DNA of 64,000 nucleotides from an uncultured Spirochaetales bacterium (GTDB lineage: Bacteria; Desulfobacterota_D; UBA1144). Under the pieces are notes generated by a model that saw only the letters and a program-made list of their open reading frames with translations, was not told where the DNA came from and ran no database searches. Positions 48,822 through 59,634 of the stretch are shown here, piece by piece (position 1 is the stretch's first letter; the number at the start of each line of letters is the position of its first letter). The stretch lies in contig CAYTRR010000011.1 in NCBI GenBank assembly GCA_964440275.1, forward strand, positions 83,930 through 147,929, read 5' to 3'. A program made the position numbers and the translations under genes.

Positions 48822-50386
48822 TCTTTTTTTATAATTATTCTATCGAAATTCATAACACCCATACTAGTGAAACCAGCATTTTTAATTCTTTCACTCTTTA
48901 AGTACAGTTGTACAGAATAAAAAAGTGGAATTATTGCAATATCATTCAAGGTAAGTATAGCGCTTGCTTCATTATATAGTTCTTCACTCTTTTTTGAATT
49001 GTAATTCGAGGAAGCTGAGAAAATTTTGTTGTCATAATCTTTGTTGCACCAGCCGGTCTCATTATTGCCACTATTACAAGTAAATAAATTCATAAAATTA
49101 TGTGCATGAGGATAATCAGCGATCCAACCGCCTCTAAACATATTAGGTCGATCGTTATCTAAAGTGCTCAAATATATCTTCCACTCTAGCCCTTCTATAT
49201 CAATCATTATCCCCAAATTCTCGGACCATCTATTTTGCAAAATTTCCGCAATGATTCTATTGTTTCCAGATTCAGGATATAAAAGTTTTACTCTTGGAAA
49301 ATCACTTCTGTCTCTATATCCATTTTTGTCTATAATTCTATTTGCTAAACTAATATTTTTTTCGTCAAAAGAATATGATTCTGTATTAGCAGAATCTTTC
49401 GTCATTGGAGGTATTCTCTCTGGCAACCAATAATTAGTTGCTTTCACTGTACCTTGAAAAACTTTTTCAAAGATTCTTTTATCTATTGAAATTGCAAATG
49501 CTTTTCTGATTTCTTCGTTGTCAAAAGGTGGTTCATCTAAATTGAAGCCTATATATGTATTAGCAAATCTATTTTTTGATTTAAGCAATTTTTTCTTTTT
49601 TAGATAAGGTATTTCTAAAAGTGGAATACCGCTTCCATCTACAATGTCGAGTTTACCATTTTCAAACATTGCTAATGATGATGTAGGATTACTATTCATT
49701 ATCAACATGATGTCATTTTTGGAGGAATCTCTTGGTTTTAGCAAAATAAAATCATGGTTTTCCCATTTGCTGAGAATGTAATTTCCTAGTGTTACGATAT
49801 TTTCAGGCTCAATCCATTTGTTGTTATATTTCTCTATTATATCTTTTCGTATAGGAAATGTAGACATAAAACTTAGAAGACTAACAAAATAAGATTTTTT
49901 GTCTGTTAAGGTAATCTCTAAAGTCTCTTTATCTAAAGCTTTCACGCCAACTTTTTTAAAATCTGAAATTTTCCCTAGGTTGTAATCTTTCGCATTTTTA
50001 ATATCATATAAAAAATACGCGTAGTCTGCGGCTGTTGCTGGATTAAGCAGCCTTTCCCAGGAATCCAGGAAATCTTTTGCGTCTAATCTTTTCCCATCCG
50101 TCCAGAAAACTTCTCGTATTTTTATTGTTATAATTTTTCCACTTTCATCTATGGTCCAAGATTTCGCTAAATTTGGTACAATTTCATTATCATCATCTAT
50201 CTTCGTCAGGCCGTGCATAATATTATTTATTATTTGAAAGGACGTACTATCAGTTGCTAAATTCCAATCCAAAGTTGGTGGTTCATTGGATATATTAATT
50301 CTTATCGGTTTTGAATTGCTAGAGTAAGTTGGATTAATTAATAATAAAAGAAAGATTAAAGAAAAAAAAAGTTTTCTAAATTTCAA
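48818..50386 (-). CDS. ABC transporter substrate-binding protein, family 5 (peptide/nickel/opine type)
   Basis: 522 aa with signal peptide. SBP_bac_5-like organisation. No permease genes adjacent. Confidence 0.75.
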   Translation of the reverse strand: MKFRKLFFSLIFLLLLINPTYSSNSKPIRINISNEPPTLDWNLATDSTSFQIINNIMHGLTKIDDDNEIVPNLAKSWTIDESGKIITIKIREVFWTDGKRLDAKDFLDSWERLLNPATAADYAYFLYDIKNAKDYNLGKISDFKKVGVKALDKETLEITLTDKKSYFVSLLSFMSTFPIRKDIIEKYNNKWIEPENIVTLGNYILSKWENHDFILLKPRDSSKNDIMLIMNSNPTSSLAMFENGKLDIVDGSGIPLLEIPYLKKKKLLKSKNRFANTYIGFNLDEPPFDNEEIRKAFAISIDKRIFEKVFQGTVKATNYWLPERIPPMTKDSANTESYSFDEKNISLANRIIDKNGYRDRSDFPRVKLLYPESGNNRIIAEILQNRWSENLGIMIDIEGLEWKIYLSTLDNDRPNMFRGGWIADYPHAHNFMNLFTCNSGNNETGWCNKDYDNKIFSASSNYNSKKSEELYNEASAILTLNDIAIIPLFYSVQLYLKSERIKNAGFTSMGVMNFDRIIIKKD

Positions 50387-50389
50387 AGC

Positions 50390-50890
50390 TTATTCTTGGT
50401 CAGGGTTTTCAACAGTAATTAGATGAGCCCCAAGTTCAACAGTATCTCCTTCTTTGACTTTTATTTCAGTTACTTTTCCTTCAATACTAGTTTTTAATTC
50501 GCTTTCCATTTTCATTGCTTCAACTACGACAAGTCCTTCTCCTTCAGAAACATTATCGCCAATATTTTTAAGTATCTTAATAACTCTACCTGGCATAGGT
50601 GCATTTATTTTATCTATTCCGGTTGCATTCTCAGAAGAAACTTTTTCACGTTGTGATGGTATTTCAAATTCAAAAAAATCACCTTTGTAGTAAATTTGAA
50701 TTTTTCTTCCTTCTTTGTTTATTGCAATGTTATAAGTAGATCCATCTACTATGAAAGAGTAGAGATGTGTATCAACTTTAATTATCTCTCCAGTGAATTT
50801 TTTTTCATCGATAGTAACAATATAATTTCCGTCATTCTCCTGCAGATCAAAAGAAACTAGTTTATTTCCTATTTTTAAATCATATTTCAT
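50390..50890 (-). CDS. Biotin carboxyl carrier protein subunit of acyl-CoA carboxylase
   Basis: C-terminal biotinyl domain with VVVEAMKMESELK (AMKM biotinylation site). Confidence 0.85.
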   Translation of the reverse strand: MKYDLKIGNKLVSFDLQENDGNYIVTIDEKKFTGEIIKVDTHLYSFIVDGSTYNIAINKEGRKIQIYYKGDFFEFEIPSQREKVSSENATGIDKINAPMPGRVIKILKNIGDNVSEGEGLVVVEAMKMESELKTSIEGKVTEIKVKEGDTVELGAHLITVENPDQE

Positions 50891-50892
50891 TT

Positions 50893-52389
50893 TTAAGATA
50901 AAGAATTTCTAGAAATCCCTGATCTCCTTGCAATATATTTCCACGGTGTAAACTTAGGATCTTTTTTGGAAACTTCTGTTCCATTAAAAGTATGTAATAC
51001 GATTGCAGATCCAACCAATGCTAAATTGCTATTTTCCGTTGGTACTTTTAGCAGCTGCTTATGATTTTCGATGAAACCAGTATCTAGTTTTGCATCAATA
51101 AAATCTTGATTTACCATCAGTCTAATTAAAAATCCAAGATTTGTTCTAACGCCTAAAACTATATACTCAGATAGTGCTCTACTCATCCTTTTAATAGCAT
51201 CGTCCCTATCTTTCCCCCAGACAATCAGCTTTGAAAGCATCGGATCATAGAAAGTTGTAACCTCATATCCATTGTAAAGAGAAGAGTCGTCTCTCACTCC
51301 AGGTCCTTGGGGTGATTTTGTATAATTTATAACACCGGGTGTTGGTAGAAAATTATTATCAGGATCTTCCGCACACACCCTACATTCAATAGCATGCCCT
51401 TTTCTTGAAATATCTTCTTGTTTAAAACTTAATTTGTTACCACATGAAATTGAAATCATTTCCTTTACTATATCTATCCCTGTTATCATTTCAGTTATAG
51501 GATGTTCAACTTGAACCCTTGTGTTCATTTCAAGAAAATAGAAGTTCTCGTTTTGATCCATAATAAATTCAACAGTACCAGCACCGTAATAAGATACTTC
51601 TTTTGCAAGTTTTACTGCTATTTGACCCATCTTCTTTCTCGTTGACTCACTTACACCCGGAGACGGGGCTTCTTCTACAACTTTTTGATGTCTTCTTTGA
51701 ATTGAACATTCTCTTTCAAAAAGATGAACCACATTTCCTTTCTTATCTCCTAATACTTGAATTTCTATATGTCTAGGTTGTTGGACAAATCTTTCGATGA
51801 AAACGGCATCATTGTTGAAAGCAGATTTTGCTTCACTTTTTGCCATTCTTAGTGAACTTTCAAATTCTGATTCTTCGTGAACAAGTCTCATTCCTTTTCC
51901 GCCACCACCTGCTGATGCTTTTATCATCAAAGGAAAACCAATTTTTTTTGCTTCATTTAAAGCCTCTTTATCACTTACTTCACCTTCAGTGCCGGGGACC
52001 AAGGGAACCTTAGCAGCCTTTGCAATTTCTCTAGATGTTATTTTGTCACCCATTTTTTCTATTGATTCTGGACTCGGACCTATAAAATCTATTTTTGCTT
52101 TTTTACATTTTTTTGCAAAAGCAGCATTTTCAGATAAAAATCCATATCCTGGATGAATAGCGTCACATTTTGCTTTCTTTGCAACTTTTAAAATATTATC
52201 TCCTACTAAATAACTCTGACTCGGTAAAGGCTTCCCTATATTGTAGGATTCGTCTGACAAATTAACATGTAATGAGTTCTTGTCAGCATCTGAATAAACT
52301 GCAACAGTTTTTATACCAAGCTCTTTGCAAGCTCTAATTATCCTTACAGCAATTTCTCCACGGTTAGCAATTAAGATTTTGTTATACAT
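50893..52389 (-). CDS. accC: Biotin carboxylase subunit (acetyl/propionyl-CoA carboxylase)
   Basis: 498 aa. ATP-grasp MIKASAGGGGKGMR and biotin carboxylase C-domain. Confidence 0.9.
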   Translation of the reverse strand: MYNKILIANRGEIAVRIIRACKELGIKTVAVYSDADKNSLHVNLSDESYNIGKPLPSQSYLVGDNILKVAKKAKCDAIHPGYGFLSENAAFAKKCKKAKIDFIGPSPESIEKMGDKITSREIAKAAKVPLVPGTEGEVSDKEALNEAKKIGFPLMIKASAGGGGKGMRLVHEESEFESSLRMAKSEAKSAFNNDAVFIERFVQQPRHIEIQVLGDKKGNVVHLFERECSIQRRHQKVVEEAPSPGVSESTRKKMGQIAVKLAKEVSYYGAGTVEFIMDQNENFYFLEMNTRVQVEHPITEMITGIDIVKEMISISCGNKLSFKQEDISRKGHAIECRVCAEDPDNNFLPTPGVINYTKSPQGPGVRDDSSLYNGYEVTTFYDPMLSKLIVWGKDRDDAIKRMSRALSEYIVLGVRTNLGFLIRLMVNQDFIDAKLDTGFIENHKQLLKVPTENSNLALVGSAIVLHTFNGTEVSKKDPKFTPWKYIARRSGISRNSLS

Positions 52390-52405
52390 TTAGGATTCTC
52401 CAAAA

Positions 52406-53968
52406 TTATAGAGGTATCAATCCGTGCTTCTTAGGCGGATTATTTTGTCTTTTTCCCTCGAGCATCTCAAAAGCATTGATGACTTTTGCTCTAGTGTTTT
52501 CAGGTAAAATTACATCATCGATAAACCCTAAATTCGCTGCCCTATAAGGATTTGCAAAAAGGCTTTTATATTCTTCTACAAGCCTTTCTTTTTCAGCAAC
52601 AGGATCATCTGAATTTTGAATTTCTTTTCTATTTACGATATTAACTGCTCCATCTGGACCCATAACTGCTATTTCTGCTGTTGGGAAAGCCAGATTAATA
52701 TCACCTCTTATATGCTTTGATGACATAACGTCATAGGCTCCACCATAAGCTTTTCTAGTTATAACTGTGACTCTTGGAACCGTAGCTTCGCAGTATGCGT
52801 AAAGCAGTTTGGCTCCATGTAAGATGATTCCATTGAGTTCTTGATCTACCCCAGGAAGAAATCCGGGCACATCTACAAAGGTTAATAAAGGAATATTAAA
52901 GCAATCACAGAATCTGACAAATCTTGCACCTTTTATAGATGATTGTATATCTAGTACTCCAGCGAGAACATTAGGCTGGTTACCCACTATACCTACAGTT
53001 TTACCGTTTAGCCTAGCAAAACCGATAACTATATTTCCCGCATAATTCTCAGCAACCTCAAAAAAATATTCATTATCTACTGTTGCTTTAATCACCTCTT
53101 TCATGTCATAAGGTTTATTAGGATTTACTGGGACTATATCTCTCAATTTGTCTACTTTTCTATCAATAGGGTCATCACATTGAACTATAGGAGGATCTTC
53201 CATATTGTTTAATGGAAGGAAGCTAAAAAGTTCTCTTAATAAACTGATACAATCTTCATCATTTTCAGCTGCAAACTGAGCTACCCCACTTTTTGTGCTA
53301 TGAACTACAGCTCCACCAAGTTCTTCAGAAGTTACTTCTTCATGAGTAACAGTTTTAATTACATCAGGACCAGTGATAAACATATAGCTAGTATCTTTTA
53401 CCATTGCTATAAAATCAGTCATAGCAGGTGAGTATACAGCTCCACCAGCGCATGGACCCATTATAGCGGAAAGTTGTGGAACGACCCCAGAAGCTTGAAC
53501 ATTTCTCAAAAATATTTCAGCATAACCAGCTAAGCCCCGAATTCCTTCCTGAATTCTAGCTCCACCAGAATCACAAAGACCAATTACCGGGCATCCGACT
53601 TGAACTGCCATATCCATAATTTTGGTAATTTTTCTAGCGTGACCGAGACCAAGAGCTCCACCAAAAACAGTAAAATCCTGTGAGTAAACAAAAACCTGTC
53701 TCCCATCTATTTTCCCATATCCTGTAACTACACCATCGCCCATGAACTTAGTTTTATCCATACCAAAATTATGGTTTTGATGCTCTACAAATTTACCTTG
53801 TTCAACGAAAGTACCGTTATCTAAAAGCGCATGAATTCTTTCTCTTGCTGTTAATTTTCCCCTTTCATGCTGTTTTTTAATTCTTTCAGGGCCACCGCCT
53901 TCCTCAGCCTTTTTTACTTTTTCTTCAAGGAACTCAATCTTTTGTTCCATAGTTGGTTCTTTTTCCAT
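52406..53968 (-). CDS. pccB: Propionyl-CoA carboxylase beta chain / acyl-CoA carboxyltransferase
   Basis: 520 aa carboxyltransferase. Tandem crotonase-like halves with GGARIQEG and GGAYDVM motifs. Confidence 0.88.
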   Translation of the reverse strand: MEKEPTMEQKIEFLEEKVKKAEEGGGPERIKKQHERGKLTARERIHALLDNGTFVEQGKFVEHQNHNFGMDKTKFMGDGVVTGYGKIDGRQVFVYSQDFTVFGGALGLGHARKITKIMDMAVQVGCPVIGLCDSGGARIQEGIRGLAGYAEIFLRNVQASGVVPQLSAIMGPCAGGAVYSPAMTDFIAMVKDTSYMFITGPDVIKTVTHEEVTSEELGGAVVHSTKSGVAQFAAENDEDCISLLRELFSFLPLNNMEDPPIVQCDDPIDRKVDKLRDIVPVNPNKPYDMKEVIKATVDNEYFFEVAENYAGNIVIGFARLNGKTVGIVGNQPNVLAGVLDIQSSIKGARFVRFCDCFNIPLLTFVDVPGFLPGVDQELNGIILHGAKLLYAYCEATVPRVTVITRKAYGGAYDVMSSKHIRGDINLAFPTAEIAVMGPDGAVNIVNRKEIQNSDDPVAEKERLVEEYKSLFANPYRAANLGFIDDVILPENTRAKVINAFEMLEGKRQNNPPKKHGLIPL

Positions 53969-54055
53969 ATTAGCCTCACGAAATAAAATTCCATAAAATA
54001 ATAATATTAATATATATAAAGGATATTAATTAAATAATAACTATAAGAATATAAT

Positions 54056-54670
54056 CTAATAGGACAAATTATCCAATAGTGAGCGCAACTGACTTTTTAG
54101 ACTTTGTAAGTTTTTACCATTATTTATAACAAAATCCGCAGTATTTCTATTTTTTTCAACTTCTTTTTGCATATTTATTAGATTAAGGGCAGTTTTTTTA
54201 TCTATAGAGTCTCTTTTCATTATTCTATTAATTAATATTTTTTTAGGAGCATGAATATAAATTATTAAATCTAACAACTTTCCCATTGATTTATTTTTTG
54301 AAATTAAAGCACCTTCAAATACCACAATACTTTCCTTGCTGTTACGTTTCTTTTTTATAATCTCTTTTACTCTTTGAATTAGTTGCGGATGAATAATCTT
54401 GTTCAGCGTAGTTCTTTTTCTTTTATTGTAAAATACAATTGACCTTAATTTTTTTTTGTTAATTGTTGAGTTTCTATTTAAAATCGATGCTCCAAATTCT
54501 TTTTTTATTTTTTTATATGAGGAAGTATTCTTTTTCAATAATTTTTTTGCTTCTAAATCTAAATCGAATGTTGAAATGTTTTTTGTCTTAAAAAATTTAA
54601 TCGATTCTGATTTCCCACTACCGATTAAGCCACAAATACCAATTGATAAAATATTATATTTATTACTCAT
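54056..54670 (-). CDS. coaE: Dephospho-CoA kinase
   Basis: P-loop GICGLIGSGKS. 204 aa. Confidence 0.85.
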   Translation of the reverse strand: MSNKYNILSIGICGLIGSGKSESIKFFKTKNISTFDLDLEAKKLLKKNTSSYKKIKKEFGASILNRNSTINKKKLRSIVFYNKRKRTTLNKIIHPQLIQRVKEIIKKKRNSKESIVVFEGALISKNKSMGKLLDLIIYIHAPKKILINRIMKRDSIDKKTALNLINMQKEVEKNRNTADFVINNGKNLQSLKSQLRSLLDNLSY

Positions 54671-56031
54671 GAGAAAATCTTTTTTATTCGTTTAAGGGTT
54701 AAATCTCTACCAAGAATTTCAATTAATTCGTAAATACCAGGAGACACTTTACTTCCTGTTAATGCAATTCTTAAAGGCAGACCTATATCTTTAAATTTAA
54801 TAGAATGTTTTGAAATTAAGTCATCAAAAACTATTTTGATATTTTCTTTAGAAAAGTCACTAAGTGATAGCATATTATCGTGAAGCTCTTTTATGATTTG
54901 ATTTGTTTGATTTTTTTCTATCTCGGTGTTCAATTCTTCATCTATTTCGGGATATTCATTTTCACAAAACTTTAAAGAGTCTTTTAACATCACTAGAGTT
55001 TTAGATTTTCCTTTAGTAGATTCTATTGCTAAATCTATATTTATATCTTTGTAAAATTTAATTCCTATAAGGTTTTTTAGCACATTATTACTTAGACTTT
55101 TTATATGCGTCGAATTTACCCATTCTAATTTTTCTGTGTCAAATACAGCTGGAGACTTACTTAAATTTTCTAAGGAAAAAAAGTTAACCATCTCATTCAT
55201 GCTAAAAATTTCTTGATCTCCATGTGACCAACCCAATCTTGCTAAATAATTAACTATTGCTATAGGCAGATACCCTAAGTCTTTAAATTTATTTATGGAT
55301 TCTGCGCCATGACGCTTGCTAAGCTTGTTCTTATCTTTTCCTAGAATCATTGAAACATGTGTAAAAGAGGGTGGCTCTTTCTCTATTGCGTCAAATATTA
55401 GCATCTGTTTGGCGGTATTTGAAAGATGGTCTTCACCTCTAATGATATTAGTAACGCCCATATCAGCATCATCAACTACTGATGCGAAATTATAAGTAGG
55501 GAAGCCATCACTCTTAACTATGACAAAATCATCCAAATTTGAAGAATCGATATTTATTTGACCTCTCAAAGTATCGGTAAAACTTATTTCTTTTAAATCT
55601 GGAACTTTAAATCTAATTACGTAGTTAGAATTTTGAGGATGGTCCCGTCTATCTCTCCAGATTCTGGGATATCTGTATATTTCCTTATTTTTAGCAGCTT
55701 TTTCTTTTAATTCTTTTATTTCCTCATTTGTTGTGAAGCATTTGTAAGCTAAATCTTTATCAAGAAGCATATTAACGAAATCAGTATAAATATTTAATCT
55801 GCTAGACTGTAGATATGGCCCTTCATCCCATTCTATGCCTAGCCATTCCAGCGAAGTGATGATTTCTTGTAAAGAGCCTTCTGTTGACCTTTCCTGGTCA
55901 GTATCCTCTATTCTCAAAATCAATTTTCCCTGGTTTTTTTTTGCATAGAGATAATTAAATATAGCGGTTCTTAGCCCTCCTAAGTGTAGAGAGCCAGTTG
56001 GACTTGGTGCAAATCTTGTAACAACACTCAT
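54667..56031 (-). CDS. gltX: Glutamyl-tRNA synthetase
   Basis: HIGH-region RFAPSPTGSLHLGG. KMSKS-like KLSKR. 454 aa. Confidence 0.93.
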   Translation of the reverse strand: MSVVTRFAPSPTGSLHLGGLRTAIFNYLYAKKNQGKLILRIEDTDQERSTEGSLQEIITSLEWLGIEWDEGPYLQSSRLNIYTDFVNMLLDKDLAYKCFTTNEEIKELKEKAAKNKEIYRYPRIWRDRRDHPQNSNYVIRFKVPDLKEISFTDTLRGQINIDSSNLDDFVIVKSDGFPTYNFASVVDDADMGVTNIIRGEDHLSNTAKQMLIFDAIEKEPPSFTHVSMILGKDKNKLSKRHGAESINKFKDLGYLPIAIVNYLARLGWSHGDQEIFSMNEMVNFFSLENLSKSPAVFDTEKLEWVNSTHIKSLSNNVLKNLIGIKFYKDINIDLAIESTKGKSKTLVMLKDSLKFCENEYPEIDEELNTEIEKNQTNQIIKELHDNMLSLSDFSKENIKIVFDDLISKHSIKFKDIGLPLRIALTGSKVSPGIYELIEILGRDLTLKRIKKIFS

Positions 56032-56083
56032 TTTAAATAATTCTTAAGTTATTTTATCATAACTATATAATATAGTTTATTGA

Positions 56084-56491
56084 ATGAGTATTTTAGCAAT
56101 AGATTTTGGCTTAAAAAGAATAGGTGTTGCTGGTAGTGATGAGTTAAATATAGCTAGCCATCCAGTTAAAGTTGTAATTAACAAGCAAGACAAAAGCCAT
56201 ATTGAAGAGATAGTAAATATAATTAATGAACGCAATCCAAGCCTTATATTGGTTGGGCTTCCATATAAAGATGATGGTAGATTAAAAATCCAAGACCATA
56301 TCGAAGAATTTTATAAAGATTTGGTAAAAAAAACTGATAAAAGAGTAGAATTTTGGAATGAAAATTTTACTTCTAAGGAAGCCGATGAAATTCTAATAAA
56401 AAAAATGAATATTTCTAGAAAAAAAAGGAAAGACTACCAAGACATGCTTTCAGCTTGTTTGATTATTGATAGTTATTTGAGGAGCCACTGA
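56084..56491 (+). CDS. ruvX: Holliday junction resolvase-like protein RuvX/YqgF
   Basis: ILAIDFGLKRIGVAGSD N-terminal RNase H-like motif. 135 aa. Confidence 0.85.
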   Translation: MSILAIDFGLKRIGVAGSDELNIASHPVKVVINKQDKSHIEEIVNIINERNPSLILVGLPYKDDGRLKIQDHIEEFYKDLVKKTDKRVEFWNENFTSKEADEILIKKMNISRKKRKDYQDMLSACLIIDSYLRSH

Positions 56492-57276
56492 TGCCTTACT
56501 TAGAAACAAAACTAGGAAAAATTAATTATAAAATTAAAAGAAAAAAAAATTCCCCTTTTATTGTTTTCATAGGAGGGCTAGGTAGCAATATATCAAGTAG
56601 AGAAGATCAGATGAAATATTTTAGTAAGTACTTTTCGGTTCTTATTTTTGATAATTTAGGAAGCGGTAAAAGCAACAAGCCGGATACAGATTATTCCATG
56701 GAAATGTTTGCAAGTAACTGTAATGAAATAATGGAGTTACTGAAAATACCATCAGCACATATTATAGGAAATTCAATGGGTGGAATGATAGCACAAGTTT
56801 TTGCATCTAAATTTCCCAAAAAAGTAAACAAGCTTATTTTGGCTTGTACATGTTCTACGAGAGATAAAATAAGTAAAGAAATAATATCTATTTCAAAAAA
56901 AATAGTGAACAATGTTGGATTAAAAGAGATTTGGTTCAACGCACTACTTCTAGGCTATTCTAGAGATTATGTTGAAAGAAATTTTATGAATTACAAAAAA
57001 GCAAAAGTTTCAAATAATCAAAATGAAATAGAAGGTTATTTGAACCAATGTAAGGCAATAGAAAGTTTAAATAATACTAATTATTTGAAAAAGATTAAAG
57101 CTAAGACACTAATCATCTTCGGTAAGAACGATTTAATTGTTCCACCAAAAAAATCCATGTCTATGGCTAAATACATTAAAAATTCTGAAGTGATTGGGTT
57201 CCCAGGTGGTCATGGATTCTGGAAAGAGTACCAAGATATTGTGAACAAAGAAGTTATCGATTTTTTAGCTGATTAG
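56491..57276 (+). CDS. Alpha/beta hydrolase fold protein
   Basis: Nucleophile elbow GNSMGG and HGF near the C-terminus. 261 aa. Confidence 0.75.
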   Translation: MPYLETKLGKINYKIKRKKNSPFIVFIGGLGSNISSREDQMKYFSKYFSVLIFDNLGSGKSNKPDTDYSMEMFASNCNEIMELLKIPSAHIIGNSMGGMIAQVFASKFPKKVNKLILACTCSTRDKISKEIISISKKIVNNVGLKEIWFNALLLGYSRDYVERNFMNYKKAKVSNNQNEIEGYLNQCKAIESLNNTNYLKKIKAKTLIIFGKNDLIVPPKKSMSMAKYIKNSEVIGFPGGHGFWKEYQDIVNKEVIDFLAD

Positions 57277-57333
57277 ATTAATTAAATGGATTATTTGCCC
57301 AAATTAGATTAAATTTATTAACGACATCTTAAA

Positions 57334-58320
57334 ATGCTTGACGAGATATATATTGAATCATTGTTAAGAAAAAGATTTAGAACTACATCTTCTGCTTTTT
57401 TCAATGGAATAGGGGATGATGCAGCTGTTTGTAGAATTCCAAGCGGGAGAATAGTTGTTTCCTGCGATTCACAAGTTGAAAATGTTCATTTTATAAAAAA
57501 GAAATTTAAACCAGAAGAGATTTCTTCACGAGCACTTGCAATTGCTGCTAGTGATATTTCAGCAATGGGAGCTAAACCGAAATTTTTTACAAATTCATTA
57601 TTTATTCCTAAAGGCATAACAAAGGAATATATTAATAAAATTTTTGAAGGTTTTAAAAACGCAGCTAAGAAATTTGATATAACCTTAATAGGGGGGAACC
57701 TGACACGTTCTGATTCTTTAATGATTGATATAACAGTCATAGGAGAGTTGAATGCTAAAAAAAAATATAAGGAAAGAGGAAAGTGCAAAAACACAGATTT
57801 TTTATATGTATCTGGAAATATAGGAGACGCAGCACTTGGCCTCAGAATCCTACGGAATAAAAGTCAATCTAGATTTAATAGCGAAGAAATAAAGTTGATA
57901 AGAAAGTATAAGCAGCCGAAACCACAAATTAAATTAGGGCTTTTTTTAGGAAGACTTGATTACGTAACATCCATGATAGATATAACAGACGGTCTAGCAC
58001 TAGATTTAAGTAGACTCATAGGAAACAGCAGTAACAAACTTGGTGCGACAGTCATCTGGGAAGATATACCAAAAGGTAAACAGATTTATAATTTATCTAA
58101 CAAAACTCATGCTAAAGAATACGTTCTAAATGGAGGAGATGATTACGAGTTAATGTTCACAGTTAATAAAAGGTGCCATGGTCAATTTCTGAAACTAGCT
58201 AGGGATAAAAAATTTAAAGTTTATAAGATAGGAGAAATAAATAAAACTAATAAAATGATTTTAATTGAAGGAGGTAAGAGTAAAGTTTTGAAACCAAAAG
58301 GTTTTATACATAAATTCTAG
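57334..58320 (+). CDS. thiL: Thiamine-monophosphate kinase
   Basis: AIR-synthase-related fold. GDDAAV and DITDG motifs. Confidence 0.85.
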   Translation: MLDEIYIESLLRKRFRTTSSAFFNGIGDDAAVCRIPSGRIVVSCDSQVENVHFIKKKFKPEEISSRALAIAASDISAMGAKPKFFTNSLFIPKGITKEYINKIFEGFKNAAKKFDITLIGGNLTRSDSLMIDITVIGELNAKKKYKERGKCKNTDFLYVSGNIGDAALGLRILRNKSQSRFNSEEIKLIRKYKQPKPQIKLGLFLGRLDYVTSMIDITDGLALDLSRLIGNSSNKLGATVIWEDIPKGKQIYNLSNKTHAKEYVLNGGDDYELMFTVNKRCHGQFLKLARDKKFKVYKIGEINKTNKMILIEGGKSKVLKPKGFIHKF

Positions 58321-59634
58321 ATGAGCGAATATTATCTTTTTTTAATTTTAATGTTTTGTCTAATCCTATTGTCTGGTTTTTTTTCAATAACAGAAAGTTC
58401 AATTTTTTCTCTACAAAGGTATCAAGTAGATCTAATTAAAAAAAAGTCTTCAACAGGAAAAATATTAGAAGGATTTCTTAACAACCCAGCGTCAATTATT
58501 GCAACAATTTTATTGGCTGACGAGATTCTAAATGTAACCATCACAAGCTTACTATCCTCTAAATTAAACAAGATATTTGTAAACAAGATACCTGAAGAAT
58601 TAATATCTGTAGTTACGATTTTTATAGCATCAATAGTAATACTTATTTTTTGTGAAATAATTCCTAAGACCATTGGCGTAAAATTTTCTAGAAAGATAGC
58701 AACAGTTGTAGCTCCAACGATATATTTTCTAAACAAGATACTTTATCCGTTAACTTTGTTCTTCGATGCATTATCCAGGTTCTTGATTAATTTAGTAAGC
58801 AGCAATGAAAATCTTAATGTCTCCAAAGAGCATGAATCAATAAAAAACATTCCTAGCCTTATTGATATAGGAGAAGATGAAGGATTAGTTAAAAAAAGCG
58901 AGAGTCGGATAATAGACAATCTTCTTAAACTTGAAAAAATCAATCTGGTCAAGATATTAACCCCTGAGCCCGATTTGTTTCTACTTCCAAGTAATACAAC
59001 AAGGGATGAGGCATTGAAAAAAGTAAAAAGTAAAGGTTTTTCAAGAATTCCAATTTATGAGGGTGATTCGGATAATATAATTGGAATTTTATATTCAAAA
59101 GACTTGCTTAACCATAATTCGTCTGAAATTTTTCCGATTCTAAGAGAGCCTTATTTTGTCCTAGACAAAAAAAATGTATTTGAATTACTAAGAGAGCTAC
59201 AAATAATGAAGTTGCATATGGCTATTGTTATAGACGAATATGGTCGACTCGAAGGCATTGTCACACTTGAAGATATAATTGAGGAAATTTTTGGAGAAAT
59301 TGAAGATGAAAGAGATATAGAAAACAATAAAACAAATTTTGTGAATAAAGCTTTATATTTTGACGGAGGAACTAGGATTGCTGATTTTAATGACGCATTT
59401 TTGTTTGGAGTACTCCGATTTGGAGGAATAAGTAATATCTCACAAGAGATAAGCAAATCCTATATATCAGAAGATTTAGGCGTTGAAACAATGGGCGGTT
59501 TTGTTTTTAAGCAATTAGGGAGGCTGCCTAAAGAAGGTGAATTTATTTTAAAAGGAAACATTAAGCTTACTGTTGAAGAAGTAAAAGAAAATAGAATTAC
59601 AATAATTTCAGCGGAGAGATTTGTTCATGATTAA
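58321..59634 (+). CDS. CNNM/CorC family membrane protein (DUF21 + CBS pair + CorC_HlyC)
   Basis: N-terminal 4-TM DUF21, tandem CBS, C-terminal transporter-associated domain. 437 aa. Confidence 0.8.
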   Translation: MSEYYLFLILMFCLILLSGFFSITESSIFSLQRYQVDLIKKKSSTGKILEGFLNNPASIIATILLADEILNVTITSLLSSKLNKIFVNKIPEELISVVTIFIASIVILIFCEIIPKTIGVKFSRKIATVVAPTIYFLNKILYPLTLFFDALSRFLINLVSSNENLNVSKEHESIKNIPSLIDIGEDEGLVKKSESRIIDNLLKLEKINLVKILTPEPDLFLLPSNTTRDEALKKVKSKGFSRIPIYEGDSDNIIGILYSKDLLNHNSSEIFPILREPYFVLDKKNVFELLRELQIMKLHMAIVIDEYGRLEGIVTLEDIIEEIFGEIEDERDIENNKTNFVNKALYFDGGTRIADFNDAFLFGVLRFGGISNISQEISKSYISEDLGVETMGGFVFKQLGRLPKEGEFILKGNIKLTVEEVKENRITIISAERFVHD

